Of a DNA stretch of 64,000 nucleotides, positions 40,464 through 49,618 are shown in pieces. This DNA comes from an uncultured Planctomycetota bacterium (lineage in GTDB: Bacteria; Planctomycetota; JAJSAM01; JAKLKS01), in NCBI GenBank assembly GCA_964607145.1, contig CAZSIX010000002.1, forward strand, positions 139,989 to 203,988, read 5' to 3'. Below the pieces are notes generated by a model, which was not told where the DNA came from, did no database searches, and was given only the letters and a program-made list of their open reading frames with translations. The translations under genes were made by a program, and so were the position numbers. Within the stretch, counting starts at the first letter, position 1; each line of letters starts with the position of its first letter.

Positions 40464-40633
40464 GACCTTCGCCCCCCCTTTCGCGGCGCCCGCGGGCGCC
40501 CGCCAAGCCGTGCCGTGCGGCTGCCATCGCGACGCGGAGACTCTACCGCTCCGCCGGGGGCGGTGCCCAGCGCGGACCGCGCGTGGGGGCGGGTATGGTG
40601 GGGCGCCGGAGCACGGCTCCGACGGAGGGTCCC

Positions 40634-41227
40634 ATGGGCGAACGCCGGGAGGTGCGGCCGTTGACGGAGGCCAACCAGGGGGAGTTCCTCGCGTTCATGG
40701 CGGACGAGGCGTCCCGCGGGTGGTGCTTCTGCGTCGCGTGGTGGGTGGACACATGGAAGGGGTTCCCCGAACGGAGCGCCGCGGAGAACCGCCGCCTCCG
40801 CGAGTCCCTGCTGGCGCGCGGGGAGCGCGACGGGTACCTGCTCTACGTGGACGATCGCGTGGCGGGGTGGTGCCAGGCGGGGCCGAGGGACCGGCTTCCG
40901 ACGCTGGCATCGGCGTACGGTCTCGCGCCCGATCCCTCGGCGTGGGCGATCACCTGCTTCGAGATCGACCCGGCCCGCCGGGGCGGGGGCGCGGCGCGGG
41001 ATCTGCTCTCGGGCGTGCTGCACGACCTGCGTCGGCGCGGCGTCCGGCGGGTGGAGGGGTTCCCGAAGCGGGGCGACTCCCTGGAGCCGGGGGAGGCGTG
41101 GAACGGTCCGGAGCGGCTGTTCTCCTCGCTCGGCTTCCGCGAGGAGTCCGCCGTCCCGCGCGGGCCCGTCATGGTGATCGAGTGGGCCGGCGGGGACGCG
41201 AACTCGCACGCAACATTCCGGGAATGA
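40634..41227 (+). CDS. GNAT-family N-acetyltransferase
   Basis: Start taken at MGERREVRPLTEANQGEF; acetyl-CoA-binding-like ARRGGGAARDLLSGVLHDLRRRGVRRV. Confidence 0.75.
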   Translation: MGERREVRPLTEANQGEFLAFMADEASRGWCFCVAWWVDTWKGFPERSAAENRRLRESLLARGERDGYLLYVDDRVAGWCQAGPRDRLPTLASAYGLAPDPSAWAITCFEIDPARRGGGAARDLLSGVLHDLRRRGVRRVEGFPKRGDSLEPGEAWNGPERLFSSLGFREESAVPRGPVMVIEWAGGDANSHATFRE

Positions 41228-41235
41228 TGTCGTCG
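41201..41235. repeat. 35-bp element copy 2 (AACTCGCACGCAACATTCCGGGAATGATGTCGTCG), overlaps the GNAT stop codon, between convergent genes
   Basis: Matches 30042..30076 at 34/35 positions. Confidence 0.7.
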
Positions 41236-41243
41236 AGTCGGGG

Positions 41244-41645
41244 TCAGAGGCCGGCGAGGACGGACCGGACGCGGCGGACGAGCATGTCCGGCGAGAACGG
41301 TTTCTGGAGGAACTGGGCGCCGTCCTTGAACACGCCCTCCATGACGCCGGCCTGGACGGGCGGTTCGTCGATGTACCCGGAGATGTAGAGGACGCGCAGC
41401 GAGGGCCGGAGGGCGCGGGCGCGCCGCGCCAGTTCGTGGCCGTTCATGCCGGGCATCACGAAGTCGGTGATGAGGAGATCCACGGTCCCCTTCCAGGACC
41501 CGAGGACCGCCAGCGCGCCCTCCGCGTCGGCGGCGTCCATGATGGAGTACCCGTGCGGCGCGAGGAACGCGCGGACGGCGAGCCGGGCTCCGGGGTCGTC
41601 GTCCACGATCAGGATCACCGGGGCGTGTCCGGGGTTCCCGCTCAC
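41244..41645 (-). CDS. Response-regulator receiver domain protein (CheY-like, stand-alone)
   Basis: GTG overlaps the upstream stop (GTGA); ILIVDDDPGARLAVRAFLAPHGYSIMDA...LLITDFVMPGMNGHELARR...LYISGY; upstream part of the 351-aa track ORF is junk. Confidence 0.8.
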   Translation of the reverse strand: MSGNPGHAPVILIVDDDPGARLAVRAFLAPHGYSIMDAADAEGALAVLGSWKGTVDLLITDFVMPGMNGHELARRARALRPSLRVLYISGYIDEPPVQAGVMEGVFKDGAQFLQKPFSPDMLVRRVRSVLAGL

Positions 41646-42424
41646 GAGGCACCTCCCGCGGGCCCGGCCGAAGGCACGGCACCGGCCAGCCGCTCCAGGG
41701 TCACGTCCGTGAGGAATGCGAGCCACGAGAGGATGCCGAGGAACTTCGCGCCGTCCTCCACGAGGTTGAGGCCGTTGTCGAGGGCGCCCGCGTCGAACGT
41801 CAGATCCAGGCCCAGCGAGGCCGCGAACAGCACTCCCGTCGCCAGCAGCATGGGAGGGCGGCGCCGGAGGATCCACTGCCGGTTCGACCAGCCCCACCAT
41901 CCCGCGAGCGCCGCTTCCGGCACGAGGGGGATCCAGTCGGGCCACTTCAGGATCATGGGGAAGATCTGATCGTGGAGCAGGAACCCGTCGTCCACGAGCA
42001 GAAGGAGGGAGAGGATCGCCGCGCCGGGGAGGAGGGACGCAGGCGCGCCGGACTCGCGTCCCCTCGAGGCCGCCCATCCGAGGAACGCGATGGCCGTGGC
42101 CGCGGACCACGCGACGAGCCCGACCTGGGAGAAGATGCCCGCGGTGACGGGGTGCATGCCGTGGGGACCGCCCTCGTAGGCGAAGGGCGCCGCCTGCACG
42201 TCCCTGAGGTAGTACGCGGCCGTGTGCCGCCCCCACAGGGCCACCGCCGCCAGCCCGGCCAGCGCGGGGACGTGGGCGCAGAGCACCCACGCGATCCACG
42301 CGCGACGCGGCGCCGAATCCGGCTGGGACGGGTCCTGCACCGTTCCTCCCGATCCGCGGCGCCGTCGAGCGCCCCGGGCGACGCGCCAGCGTAGCCGCAC
42401 GGCGGCCGCCGGACGAGCCCGCAC
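41642..42424 (-). CDS. Integral membrane protein of unknown function
   Basis: Several TM helices (WIAWVLCAHVPALAGLAAVALWG..., LLPGAAILSLLLLVDDGFLL...); stop overlaps the response-regulator start; the real start may be the internal GTG near 42340. Confidence 0.6.
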   Translation of the reverse strand: MRARPAAAVRLRWRVARGARRRRGSGGTVQDPSQPDSAPRRAWIAWVLCAHVPALAGLAAVALWGRHTAAYYLRDVQAAPFAYEGGPHGMHPVTAGIFSQVGLVAWSAATAIAFLGWAASRGRESGAPASLLPGAAILSLLLLVDDGFLLHDQIFPMILKWPDWIPLVPEAALAGWWGWSNRQWILRRRPPMLLATGVLFAASLGLDLTFDAGALDNGLNLVEDGAKFLGILSWLAFLTDVTLERLAGAVPSAGPAGGAS

Positions 42425-42437
42425 CGCCCGCGATTCC

Positions 42438-43004
42438 TCACCGGATCGTCCCTTCCATGGCCGCGACCACGTGCTCGAGGTGGGTCCGCTGGCGCGAGCG
42501 GTCGCCGTCCACGCGCAGGTGGAGGAACACCACGGGCCTCGGGTTCCAGCGGGCCCAGTCGAGGATGCGGAAGTAGACGCGATTGCACCAGTAGGCCCCG
42601 ATGCGTGGCTCGCGCTCGAGGCCGGGGACGAGTTCCACGGTCGGTGCGAAGGCGCTGTGCAGACGGAGGGGAGTCTCCTGGCCGGGGGGGGAGATCCCCG
42701 GGGACGCGATGGGCCGGTCCTCGGCCCATGGCTCGATGTTCGTGTCCCAGGCGCCGTCGATCCCCGCCTCCCCGGTCGCGATCACGCCGGCCACATCCGC
42801 GGTCAGCGCACGGGCGAGGATCGTCTCCGCCCGCCGGGAGACGGGGAGGATGAGTGTCCGGTGGATCCCCGGGTGGCGCTCCCGCCACAGGAGCAGGACC
42901 TCCTCGCTGGCGTTGGTGCCGCGGTCCGGTCGGGTCGGCGTCCCGAAGGGCTCGAACGCGGTGAGGAGCAGGGGCCTCGCCCTCCGGTCCTGAGCGTCGG
43001 CCAT
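42438..43004 (-). CDS. Pyroglutamyl-peptidase I-like (peptidase C15) protein
   Basis: MADAQDRRARPLLLTAFEPFGTPTRPDRGTNASEEV... typical Pcp N-terminus; start at internal Met of the 235-aa ORF. Confidence 0.7.
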   Translation of the reverse strand: MADAQDRRARPLLLTAFEPFGTPTRPDRGTNASEEVLLLWRERHPGIHRTLILPVSRRAETILARALTADVAGVIATGEAGIDGAWDTNIEPWAEDRPIASPGISPPGQETPLRLHSAFAPTVELVPGLEREPRIGAYWCNRVYFRILDWARWNPRPVVFLHLRVDGDRSRQRTHLEHVVAAMEGTIR

Positions 43005-43205
43005 GCGTGTCCTCCCGTCGGGTGAGCGGCGCCGGAGCGTACCCGATGTTCCCTCCGCGGGTCGTCGGCGGGGGTCTACCCGGCGCGGGCGGGGGGGACG
43101 GGGAGGGGGCCTCGTTGAAGGAATCCGCCGCCCCGCGCTGTCCATTCCCGTGGAGGGGCCCCCGCGGCGGGGGTCCCCCGGTCTCCCGTGCCATGGAGGT
43201 GGAGC

Positions 43206-43421
43206 ATGACGAAGAAGTGGCTACGACTCGCGCTCGTCGCCGGTGCGGCGGCTCTCGCGGCGCCGGCGCTGGCGGGCGACGGGAACGGCGCGTTCCAGTG
43301 CGACAACGCGTGCCCCCTCGCGCAGCAGGCGAACACGATGCGCTCCTTCGGCGGCGAGTGGGCGGCGCCGCACGCGACCGCGCTGACCGCGGCCGTCCGG
43401 CGGAACCTGGAGCGGATCTAG
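43206..43421 (+). CDS. Small secreted Cys-containing protein upstream of the ECF sigma factor
   Basis: GGAGGTGGAG RBS then ATG 43206; MTKKWLRLALVAGAAALAAPALA signal peptide; mature part has CDNAC. Confidence 0.5.
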   Translation: MTKKWLRLALVAGAAALAAPALAGDGNGAFQCDNACPLAQQANTMRSFGGEWAAPHATALTAAVRRNLERI

Positions 43422-43477
43422 GTCGGGCGGGCGGTCGCCGGGCCCCGGGGGCGGCATCCACCCCCGATCGGGGGACG

Positions 43478-44038
43478 ATGAGCGGGCTCACTCGGGATCA
43501 GTTCCGGCGGGCGTTCGAGGGGAATCGGGACCAGGTGTTCCGGTTCCTCTACCGCCTGTCCCGCAACGCCGCCGACGCCGACGACCTCCTCCAGGAGACC
43601 TTCCTCACCGTGTGGAACAAGCGGGACCAGTTCGAGGGGCGCGGCAGCCTGGAGGGCTACCTCCGGCGCACCGCGTACCGCACGTTCCTGAATCACCGGG
43701 AGCGGACGGGCCGTCGCGCGCGCCTGGCGCCCTCGGCGGGATCCCTCGACGCGGGGCGACTGCCCGAGCCGCCGGATCCGCGTCCCGCGGAGAGCCTCGA
43801 CGACGCGGACGCCCGCCGCTTCCTCCTGGCCCTCGTGCGGCGGGAACTGGACGGGATGCCGGAGGCGCAGCGGGACGCCTTCGTCCTGTTCCGGTACGAG
43901 GGGATGACGTGCCCCGAGATCGCCGAAGCGACGGACACCCCGGTCAAGACCGTGGAGACGCGGGTGCGCCGCGCGACGGCGGCGCTCGCCGGCCGGCTGG
44001 AACGCTATCGCTCCTACCTCCCGGCGGGGCGCCCGTGA
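43478..44038 (+). CDS. ECF-family RNA polymerase sigma factor
   Basis: DLLQETFLTVWNKRDQF (region 2), FVLFRYEGMTCPEIAEATDTPVKTVETRVRRA (region 4). Confidence 0.9.
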   Translation: MSGLTRDQFRRAFEGNRDQVFRFLYRLSRNAADADDLLQETFLTVWNKRDQFEGRGSLEGYLRRTAYRTFLNHRERTGRRARLAPSAGSLDAGRLPEPPDPRPAESLDDADARRFLLALVRRELDGMPEAQRDAFVLFRYEGMTCPEIAEATDTPVKTVETRVRRATAALAGRLERYRSYLPAGRP

Positions 44039-45210
44039 CCCGCGACGCGATCCCGCCGGATCTGCTGCGCGCCCTCGCCGAGGGGACGCTTCCGCCGGAG
44101 GAGGAGCGCCGTGTCCTCGCGCTCGTCTCCGGCGACCCCGTCGCCGCCGCCGACCTCGCCGCCATGGTCCAGGTGCTCGCGCTCGCCGCGGATCCCGCGC
44201 CCCCGCCGGTCTCGTCGGTGACCGCCGACGGGATGCTGGCGCGGATCGACGGCGCCGCGGTGCCGACGCCGTCCCCCGCCGGGCGCCGCATCCTGCGGCG
44301 GAGGCTGCTGCCGCTCGCGGCGGCGGGCGTGCTCGTCGCCGCCGGGCTCGCGGGCGCGAGCCTGCTGCTCCGCGGGCCGCAGGGACCGGCGACGGTCGCA
44401 CTGGCGATCCTCGGCGGATCCCCCCCGGTGGCGTCGGCGCAGGAACCGGAGCCGGTCCCGGCGGCCCTCCTCGCGTACGAGCCCGACGCGGATGGCACCA
44501 TCCGCTGGCTGCCGACGGTGGAGGAGGGGCGCGCGCTGGCGCGGCTCGCGGGACGCCCCGTGCTGGTCTACCTGTTCCATCCCTCCTGCCCGCTGTGCCG
44601 CCGGATGGGGGAGACGACCTTCCGGGACGCCGCCGTGCGGGCGGCGGCCCGCTCCTACGTGCCTGTCCGCGTCGACGTCACGGAGGGCGCCGGGGAGATG
44701 GACGTGGAGGAGATCTTCCGGCGGGGGTGGCCCTACATGGCGACCCAGGACGCCGACGGGGCCACGCTTCGCGAGTTCCCCGGGTTCCACGAGCCGGAGG
44801 AGATGACGGACCTGCTCGCGCCCGCCGGCGCCACCGCGCCGCCGCCCTGGGAGGCGGTCCGCGACGGAGCGGCGCGCCTCACCCGCGCAGACGCGCTGAT
44901 CGCGGAGGGCCGCCCCGGCCTCGCGTGGCGGGAGGTGGAGTCCGTCGCCTCCGCCGCGCCGGGGACTCCGCTGGCCGCGGCCGCGGAGGCGCGGCGGGCC
45001 CGGCTCACCGCCCGCGCCCGCGAACTGCTCGACGCCGCCCGCGCCGACGCCGTCGGCGATGGCGCCGCCGCATCCCGCGCGCTTCGGGAAGCCGCGCGCG
45101 TGTACGAGGGCTCCCCCGTGGCGGGGGAGTTCGACGGCGTCCGCCGGGCGCTGGACGAGACGGGGACCTTCCCCGTCCTCGTGGCGGCCCCGACCCCCCC
45201 GAGGAGGTGA
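44035..45210 (+). CDS. Anti-sigma factor: N-terminal cytoplasmic part, one TM helix, periplasmic thioredoxin-like domain with C-P-L-C motif
   Basis: GTG overlaps the sigma-gene stop (GTGA); TM LLPLAAAGVLVAAGLAGASLLL; periplasmic RPVLVYLFHPSCPLCRRMGETTF. Confidence 0.8.
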   Translation: MTRDAIPPDLLRALAEGTLPPEEERRVLALVSGDPVAAADLAAMVQVLALAADPAPPPVSSVTADGMLARIDGAAVPTPSPAGRRILRRRLLPLAAAGVLVAAGLAGASLLLRGPQGPATVALAILGGSPPVASAQEPEPVPAALLAYEPDADGTIRWLPTVEEGRALARLAGRPVLVYLFHPSCPLCRRMGETTFRDAAVRAAARSYVPVRVDVTEGAGEMDVEEIFRRGWPYMATQDADGATLREFPGFHEPEEMTDLLAPAGATAPPPWEAVRDGAARLTRADALIAEGRPGLAWREVESVASAAPGTPLAAAAEARRARLTARARELLDAARADAVGDGAAASRALREAARVYEGSPVAGEFDGVRRALDETGTFPVLVAAPTPPRR

Positions 45211-45213
45211 CCC

Positions 45214-46074
45214 GTGATCCGGCGTTCCGCGCTGGTCGCAGCCGCGCTGCTGCTCTCCGCCGCATCCGCCGTCGCCGCCGACGCGCTCGCGCCGGCGCTG
45301 GCGTCCCTGGAGAAGGGGGACTACGCCGCCGCGGCGGAGGTCGCCGCGAAGGTCCCCGCCGAGGATCCGCTCTATCCCCGGGCGCGCTACCTCATCGGGG
45401 AGTGCGCCCTCGCCCGCGGAGACGACGCGGCGGCGGCGGCGGAGTTCCGCAAGGTGCTCGAGAAGCGCCCCGGCGCCGTCCCCGCGATGGTCGGCCTGGG
45501 CCGCGCACTGGTGGCGGGGGGCAAGGCGGAGGAGGGGGAGGGCGAGATCCGGAAGGCGCTCAAGGCGGAGCCGAAGGATGGCGCCGCCCACCGGGCCCTC
45601 GGCGAGGCGCTGATCGCGCGCCGCAGGGAGGACGACGCGAAGAAGGCGTTCCTCGAGGCCCTGAAACTCGATCGCAAGGACGGGCTGGCGGCGCGGGCGC
45701 TCGTGGAACTCCACCTCAGGAAGGACGAGATCGACCTGGCGCTCCGGGTCGCGGAGACGCTGGTGAAGGCCGACGCCGCGTCGCCCATGGGCTACTTCCT
45801 CCGCGGCCTCGCGCTGGATCGCAAGGGGAAGGACGACGAGGCCATCGACGCGTACGAGAAGGCGCTGGCGAAGGACGACGGCTTCCTCGACGCGCACAAG
45901 AACCTCGCCATCCTGTGCACGTCCCGCAATCCGCTCTACGGGAACGCCGCCCGCACGAAGAAGGCCCTGGCCCACTACGCGCGCTACTTCGAACTGGGCG
46001 GACGCGACGAGGGGCTGCGGCAGGTCTACACGACCATCCGTTCCGTGCTCGAGGGCGACGCCGGAGAGCGATGA
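45214..46074 (+). CDS. Secreted tetratricopeptide-repeat protein
   Basis: GAGGAGG RBS, GTG start; signal peptide; TPR-like repeats (AEFRKVLEKRPGAVPAMVGLGRAL, AAHRALGEALIARRREDDAKKAFLEALKLD). Confidence 0.8.
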   Translation: MIRRSALVAAALLLSAASAVAADALAPALASLEKGDYAAAAEVAAKVPAEDPLYPRARYLIGECALARGDDAAAAAEFRKVLEKRPGAVPAMVGLGRALVAGGKAEEGEGEIRKALKAEPKDGAAHRALGEALIARRREDDAKKAFLEALKLDRKDGLAARALVELHLRKDEIDLALRVAETLVKADAASPMGYFLRGLALDRKGKDDEAIDAYEKALAKDDGFLDAHKNLAILCTSRNPLYGNAARTKKALAHYARYFELGGRDEGLRQVYTTIRSVLEGDAGER

Positions 46075-46177
46075 CTCCCGTCCGGTTCCGCGCGGCGGGG
46101 CCGGAGGAACGATCGGCTGCGACGCGTCCCGGGGCCTCCGTGCGGGGCTCCTTCGGGGGCGGGCCCCGGGACCTCCG

Positions 46178-46771
46178 TCACCGGGCCGCCGCGGGCGGCC
46201 CCCGCGGCCGGTAGTCGCGCACGAAGGCGAGCAGGCCGTCGAACCACCGGTGGAATCCCATCGCCAGCATCTCGTCCGCGGCCTCGTCGTTGTTCCAGCC
46301 GTGGACCTCCATGCGGTAGATGGCCACCAGCGCTCCCGTGCGATCGCAGCCCTGCGCGCAGTGCACGAACACGGGTCGGCTCGCGGGGTCCGTGGCGACG
46401 GCGAGGAACTCCTCGACGGTCCCCTCGTCCGGCGGGTCCACGGTGAGGCCCGCCCGGAGCGGGAGCGCCACGACGCGGAGGCCGAGCGCCTCCGCGGCGG
46501 GATCCTCGGGATGGACCGCGCGGAGGCACACCACCGTGCGGACGCCCAGGTCCCGGAGCGCGCGCAGGCCTTCGGCGTCCGGTGCGGCGCCCCGGTAGAG
46601 GCCGTCGTCGACCCGGGACAGGTGGGGGACGGGAATCGCGGCCATGCCGGGATCGGAGGCGGGGGCCGCGCAGCCGGCGACGCACAGCAGGGCGGACCCC
46701 GCCGCAAGGCCGTGACGGACTCTCCGGCTCGCCGCGACGGGAACGGCCACGGGAGCGGGCGGGGATCCCAT
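46178..46771 (-). CDS. Dual-specificity/protein-tyrosine phosphatase-like lipoprotein
   Basis: Lipobox LLCVAGCAAP; catalytic loop VHCAQGCDRTG (CX5R). Confidence 0.8.
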   Translation of the reverse strand: MGSPPAPVAVPVAASRRVRHGLAAGSALLCVAGCAAPASDPGMAAIPVPHLSRVDDGLYRGAAPDAEGLRALRDLGVRTVVCLRAVHPEDPAAEALGLRVVALPLRAGLTVDPPDEGTVEEFLAVATDPASRPVFVHCAQGCDRTGALVAIYRMEVHGWNNDEAADEMLAMGFHRWFDGLLAFVRDYRPRGPPAAAR

Positions 46772-46841
46772 GGCCGCAATCTATCGTCCCCGCGGGGATC
46801 GCGTCCGCATCCCTGCGGGCCTCCGGGATTACAATCGCGCC

Positions 46842-47834
46842 ATGCGCATCGCGTCCGTGCTCGCCCTCGCCGCCGCTCTGGGCGCCATCCCGGCCCTCGC
46901 CGCCCCGCCCACGGGGGCCCTGGGCCCGCTCCGCGTCGAGGTCTTTGATCGGCTGGGCGTCCTGTCGCCGCTCGCGCCGCGGAAGGAGCGCCGCGCGCTG
47001 GAGAGGGCCCGGGCGGTGCTGCTCCTCCCCGCGGAGGACGTGGTGGCGGAACTGAAGTTCGCGGCGAAGGTGACGAAGGTCCTCTCCCGCGCGTTCCCCG
47101 GCGACGCCGTGCTCGACCCCATCCAGGAGTCGGCCGTCGCCACGCTGGGGGCTGTCGTGTTCACCGAGCGGGACGCGCTCGCCGCGGCGGCGGGCTCGCT
47201 ACCCTCCGCGGGTGCGGAGCGCGCGCTGGGGAAGGCGGTCGCGTCCGCCGACCGGCGCCTCGGAGGCCTGGAGGGGAAGCCGGTCTGGACGCGTGCGGCG
47301 CTGCTGGCGAGGACCTGCGCCGGCGTGGAGCGCACCGCGGAGCGGCTGGGGGTGGATCTCGACGAGCCGGAGCCCGAACCGCCGGTGGCGGACTTCTCCC
47401 TGGAGGACGTCAACCCGAACTCGCCGACCTCGGCCTCGTCCGTCTCGCCGCGGCAGCACATCGGCGCGGTCTCCGTCTGGTACTTCGGGCACTCCACCTG
47501 AAGCTACTGCCGGGCCCAGTTCCGGGCCCTCGACGGGATGCAGCAGGAGATCCTCGCCGACGAGCCCGGCTCGACCACGCGCATCCTCGGCATCAACGCC
47601 GCCGGCCACGAGTCGGCGAACGGGCTCGCCACCGCCGACGTGACGCTCCCGTGGCTCCAGGACACGCCGGCGGCGGACGCGTGGGGGCTCTGGGACGCGA
47701 CCTGGCGGGACGTCGTCGTCCTCGACGCCGAGAACCGCGTGGTGGCGGTCTACAACCTCACGAGCAACGATCTCGGCCAGCCCGCCAACTACGAGGCGCT
47801 CCTGGCGCTCATCCGCGGCGCCGAGGCGGAGTAG
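46842..47834 (+). CDS. TlpA/ResA-like periplasmic thioredoxin-fold oxidoreductase interrupted by an in-frame TGA (47499-47501) at the first position of the redox motif (T-[TGA]-S-Y-C); candidate selenoprotein or else a disrupted gene
   Basis: ORFs 46770..47501 and 47538..47834 are in the same frame with no other stop between them. Joined sequence ...PVADFSLEDVNPNSPTSASSVSPRQHIGAVSVWYFGHST[U]SYCRAQFRALDGMQQEILADEPGSTTRILGINAAGHE...VVVLDAENRVVAVYNL aligns as one thioredoxin domain with U-x-x-C. 6-bp hairpin GGGCCC-AGUUCC-GGGCCC starts 11 nt after the TGA. Confidence 0.55.
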
Positions 47835-47894
47835 CCCGATCCCCGCCGTCCCGTGGCCCCCGCCCCGTAGGATCCTCCGGCGGAGGGAACCTGC

Positions 47895-49586
47895 ATGACG
47901 GCTCGACCTGCGGCGACGGGGCTGGCACTGGCGCTGCTCGCTCTCCCCGTCGGCCCGTCGCCCGCCGCGGCGTCTCCCGGGGACGAGGCGCTGGAGGCCT
48001 TCCGGAAGGCCGAGCGGACGCTCGCCGTCACGAAGGCCGCCTGGTGGAAGGGGTTCGACGATGCGGAGCGGCGCGCCGTGGAGGCCTGGCGCCGGCCCGA
48101 TCGCGAGCAGTTCACGGACGGCGTGCTCGAGCCCGCCCCCGACGAGCCCCCCATCGACGAACTCTTCGGACGCTGGGCGGAGATGGAGGCGACGCACGGC
48201 CGCCTCTTCCGCGACCTGGGCGCGTCGGGCTCGCCGAAGGCGCTCCCCCTCCTCTGGAAGGAGGCCATGGCGGCGGTGGCGGAGGCGGAGGCCGCCGAGG
48301 CGGCCAACGCCCCCGGCGAGGTCAAGCGGTGGAAGGCGGGGCCCTCGCAGGAGCCGTCCATCCGGATCCACGGGCTGGCCCGGCGGCGGGAGGGGCTGGT
48401 GGAGGGGCTGGCCGCGGCACCGGGCGCGGCGGAGTTCCTCGCCGGGGACGGTCTCCAGGAGGCCGCCCGCGCCGATGCCCGCGCCCGCGCCGTGGCCCGG
48501 CGCGTGCTGGTGGCGGACGCGCTGGCGCGCGTTCCCTCGGGGCGCGGCCGCGAGGCCCTCGCCGCGCTGCTCAAGGACCCGGCGCCGGCGCTCCGAATCG
48601 CCGCGCTGGAGGGCCTCCAGCGGGCCGGGGGCCTCGACGCCGCCTCCGGCACGCCGCTCCTGGCGGATCCGGAACTCGCGGTGCGGTTCGCCCTGGCGGA
48701 CGTCCTCCTCGCGGCGCCGCCCCGCGAGGGCGCGTGGGTGGGACCACTGCTGGAGGCCTACGGCGCCGCGTCGGGGCGCTGGCGGCGGGAGGCCTTGGCG
48801 GTCCTCCGCCGCGTCACCGGCCGCGCCGACGGGGACGACCCCGCGGCCTGGTCCGCCTGGTTCGCGTCGGCGAGCGCGTCGCTCGGGGATGGCTCCTACC
48901 GGTGGCCCGCGGCGGACGCGGCGCCTCCGCCGCTCCCCCCGGACCCGGCGGCGGCGTACGCGTACGGCATCCCCCTCCCGACCCACGGGCTGTTGCTCGC
49001 CGCGGATGGCTGGGACGACCTCGTCGTCCCGGCGAAGTACGAGTTCCAGCGGACCCGGCACTTCCGGGACTGGACCACGGGCTCCCGGGACTGGCGGAAG
49101 GAGCGGGAGAGCGTGGGGGACGTGTTCTTCCGCGAGGTCCGCCGCGCGCTGGCGTCGCTGGCGGAGCCGGTGCGGTTCCGGATCCTCCTGAGCGGACACG
49201 CCGCCAACCAGGCGGACGCCGTCTCGTGGTACCCGGAGAAGGGGCCGGTCGCCGTGTCCGACCCGCAGCGCCGGCGCGCCGCCGCGTTCCTCGAGGACTT
49301 CAAGGTCGGGATGACGGAGAACTTCCAGCATTCGCTGCGGCTGCTGCAGGACGAGACCTGGGCGGACACAGCGGTGCTGGTGACCAACGGCAACCGGAAA
49401 CTGGGCCGGTTCATGTGCGGCCAGGCGCTCCTCGAGGAGTTCGTGCGCCGCCACCGGTTCCGGCGCCTGCGGCTCCACGTCGTGCACTTCATGGATCACG
49501 GCGCCGAGACCACGCGCGTACTGCGCGGGCTGGCGGAGTCCACCGGCGGGACCTACATCCGGGCGCTGGAGTCCACGCCGCCGTAG
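47895..49586 (+). CDS. Secreted HEAT-repeat protein with C-terminal vWA-like region (paralog of 35514..36842)
   Basis: Signal peptide MTARPAATGLALALLALPVGPSPAAA; HEAT-like repeats; C-terminal FRILLSGHAANQADA...GLAESTGGTYIR similar to the ending of the other paralog. Confidence 0.7.
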   Translation: MTARPAATGLALALLALPVGPSPAAASPGDEALEAFRKAERTLAVTKAAWWKGFDDAERRAVEAWRRPDREQFTDGVLEPAPDEPPIDELFGRWAEMEATHGRLFRDLGASGSPKALPLLWKEAMAAVAEAEAAEAANAPGEVKRWKAGPSQEPSIRIHGLARRREGLVEGLAAAPGAAEFLAGDGLQEAARADARARAVARRVLVADALARVPSGRGREALAALLKDPAPALRIAALEGLQRAGGLDAASGTPLLADPELAVRFALADVLLAAPPREGAWVGPLLEAYGAASGRWRREALAVLRRVTGRADGDDPAAWSAWFASASASLGDGSYRWPAADAAPPPLPPDPAAAYAYGIPLPTHGLLLAADGWDDLVVPAKYEFQRTRHFRDWTTGSRDWRKERESVGDVFFREVRRALASLAEPVRFRILLSGHAANQADAVSWYPEKGPVAVSDPQRRRAAAFLEDFKVGMTENFQHSLRLLQDETWADTAVLVTNGNRKLGRFMCGQALLEEFVRRHRFRRLRLHVVHFMDHGAETTRVLRGLAESTGGTYIRALESTPP

Positions 49587-49618
49587 GTCGGGGCCCGGGG
49601 ATCGGGAGGAGAGGCAGC

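Noticed and set aside
37420-40527. 1035-aa minus-strand ORF as one protein
   Set aside because: The region above ~39805 is a different gene (205-aa secreted protein in another frame) plus junk; only ~37420..39804 reads as the hydrolase.
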